This document shows, one piece after another, positions 62,141-64,000 of a stretch of DNA of 64,000 bases. Where the stretch lies: positions 128,001 through 192,000 of the forward strand of contig CAXNJO010000007.1 of assembly GCA_964202905.1 (NCBI GenBank), read 5' to 3'. The DNA comes from Polyangiales bacterium. Lineage in GTDB: Bacteria > Myxococcota_A > Polyangia > Polyangiales > JADJQN01. Made by a program: the position numbers and the translations under genes. The stretch's first letter is position 1. Each line of letters starts with the position of its first letter. Below the pieces are notes generated by a model that was not told the DNA's origin, did not search any database, and saw only the letters and a program-made list of their open reading frames with translations.

Positions 62141-62826
62141 GCGCGAAGATCCTCGCGCGCCTTCAGGCCCAGTTCGGGGCGCGCATCCTCTCCACGTCGA
62201 GCTTCCGTGGCGACGACACCGCGGTGGTCGCGGCGAAGGACTGGCGCGAGGTCGCGCTCTTCCTCAAGACGGACGCGGAGACGGCCCTCGACCACTTCAC
62301 CGACCTCACGGCGGTCGACTACCCCGAGCGTGAGCCCGGCCTCCCCCGTTTCGATGTGCTCGTCCACGCGCGCTCGATGCGCAAGGGCCACCGGTTCACG
62401 CTCAAGACGCGTGTGCGGGACGGGGAGTCGCTCGACTCGCTGCTCCCCGTCTGGCGCGGCGCCGACTGGACGGAGCGCGAGTGCTTCGACATGTTCGGCA
62501 TCGTCTTTCGCGGTCACCCGGATCTGCGCCGGATCCTCATGTATCCGGAGTTCACCGGCCACCCGCTCCGCAAGGACTACCCGATCGAGCGTGTGCAGCC
62601 CCTCGTGAAGTACCGCGACGAGGACAACATCGAGAAGCTCGCGCCGTTCGGCCCCGAAGAGGGCCAGCCCTTCGCGCGCATCGACTGGCAGGCGCGCCTG
62701 CTCGGTGAGGACCTCCAGGTCGCTCCCGCGCTCGCGGTCCAGCAGGGCCAGAAGCACAACACCAGCGAGACGAGCGCCACGCAGAAGGGCGCCCCGCTCC
62801 CCGCCGAGATCCCCGGCAAGGCCTGA
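62137..62826 (+). CDS. nuoC: NADH-quinone oxidoreductase subunit C
   Basis: [38 protein letters not shown]. Confidence 0.96.
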
Positions 62827-62840
62827 ACGGAGACGAGACG

Positions 62841-64000
62841 ATGGAGCCGATCGAAGAGGAGCTCGAGGACGAGGCCGCACTGGAGCTCCCCTCGGAGCCC
62901 ATGAAACTCAACATGGGCCCGTCGCACCCCGCGATGCACGGGACCATCCGCATGGTGCTCGACCTCGACGGCGAGATCATCCAAGAGGTCGACGTCCAGC
63001 CGGGCTACCTGCACCGCGGCTTCGAGAAGAGCTGCGAGCGCGGCACCTGGCAGCAGGTCTACCCCTACGCGGACCGCCTCAACTACGTCTCGCCGATGCT
63101 GAACAACGTCGGCTTCTCGCTCGCCGCGGAGAAGCTGCTCGGGATCACGGTCCCTGAGCGCTGTCAGTACTACCGCGTCATCCTCGGTGAGTTGGCCCGC
63201 ATCGCGGACCACCTCACCTGCAACGGCGCGGGCGCGATGGAGCTCGGCGCATTCACGCCGTTCCTTTGGTGCCTGAAGGTCCGCGACTGGGTGTGGGACA
63301 TCCTCGAGAAGGAGACCGGCGCCCGCATGACGCACTCCTTCGGCCGCATCGGCGGCATGGCGCGGCCGCCGACGGCCACGCTCAAGGAGGATGTTCGCGC
63401 GCTCCTCCCGGAAATCGAGAAGGTGCTGATGGAGGTGGAGACGATGCTCCTCCGCAACCGCATCTTCCTCGACCGCATGCAGGGCGTCGGCATCCTCACG
63501 AAGGAGCTCGCGCTCGACGCCGGCGTGACGGGTCCGATGCTCCGCTCGACCGGCGTCGACTACGACGTGCGCAAGGCGCACCCGTACCTCGTTTACGACC
63601 GCTTCGACTTCGATGTGCCCATCGGGCACGACGGCGACAACTACGACCGCTTCCTCGTCCGGACCGAGGAGATGCGCCAGTCGTGCCGCATCCTCGCCCA
63701 GGCATGTGATCAGATGCCCGACGATGGCCCCATCAACGTCGACGACCCGCGCGTGATGCTCCCCGAGAAGCACGCCGTCTACACGACGATCGAGGCGACG
63801 ATCGCGCATTTCAAGCTGGTGATGGAGGGCATCAAGATCCCGCCCGGCGAGGTCTACTCCTACACCGAGGCCGGCAACGGCGAGCTCGGGTTCTATCTGG
63901 TTTCGGATGGGTCGGGCACGCCGTACCGCGTGCGCTGCCGGCCGCCCTGTTTCATCAACCTCGCAATCTGCCGCGACATGCTGCTCGGCGAGATGGTCGC
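62841..64000 (+). CDS. nuoD: NADH-quinone oxidoreductase subunit D (3' end outside window)
   Basis: NMGPSHPAMHG, GYLHRGFEK, DRLNY, GPMLRSTG, EAGNGELG. Confidence 0.96.
   Translation, partial: MEPIEEELEDEAALELPSEPMKLNMGPSHPAMHGTIRMVLDLDGEIIQEVDVQPGYLHRGFEKSCERGTWQQVYPYADRLNYVSPMLNNVGFSLAAEKLLGITVPERCQYYRVILGELARIADHLTCNGAGAMELGAFTPFLWCLKVRDWVWDILEKETGARMTHSFGRIGGMARPPTATLKEDVRALLPEIEKVLMEVETMLLRNRIFLDRMQGVGILTKELALDAGVTGPMLRSTGVDYDVRKAHPYLVYDRFDFDVPIGHDGDNYDRFLVRTEEMRQSCRILAQACDQMPDDGPINVDDPRVMLPEKHAVYTTIEATIAHFKLVMEGIKIPPGEVYSYTEAGNGELGFYLVSDGSGTPYRVRCRPPCFINLAICRDMLLGEMV

Overview
Very GC-rich bacterial chromosomal segment. It is most likely Myxococcota (Polyangia-like), inferred from a MYXO-CTERM-type sorting tail, a TSP3-OmpA protein, a Hanks kinase and many lipoproteins. 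About 50 genes are present. Housekeeping genes include glnB-glnA, psd, truD, recD2, maf, yggS, proC, pepP, an M1 aminopeptidase and the start of the nuoA-D operon. I found no rRNA, tRNA, IS element or true CRISPR array. The most interesting items are: (1) a three-gene envelope operon (His-motif lipoprotein, His/Cys-rich YVTN propeller, TsdA/SoxA-like diheme cytochrome c) divergent from a minimal two-component system, with an orphan MbnP-MbnH pair about 6 kb away; (2) an ExbB-ExbD-TonB locus followed by a catalytically degenerate 5'-nucleotidase fused to a probable beta-barrel, and a TraB-like OmpA protein; (3) GlnR-box-like 11-bp-periodic motifs upstream of both glnB and glnA; (4) a tandem-RRM protein with an RG/FG low-complexity tail; (5) a MinD-pseudoJ-HTH fusion; (6) a small palindromic REP-like repeat cluster. 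About nine genes carry apparent frameshifts, all needing +1, which most likely reflects single-base insertion errors in the assembly. All product calls come from motif recognition by eye; no database searches were run.
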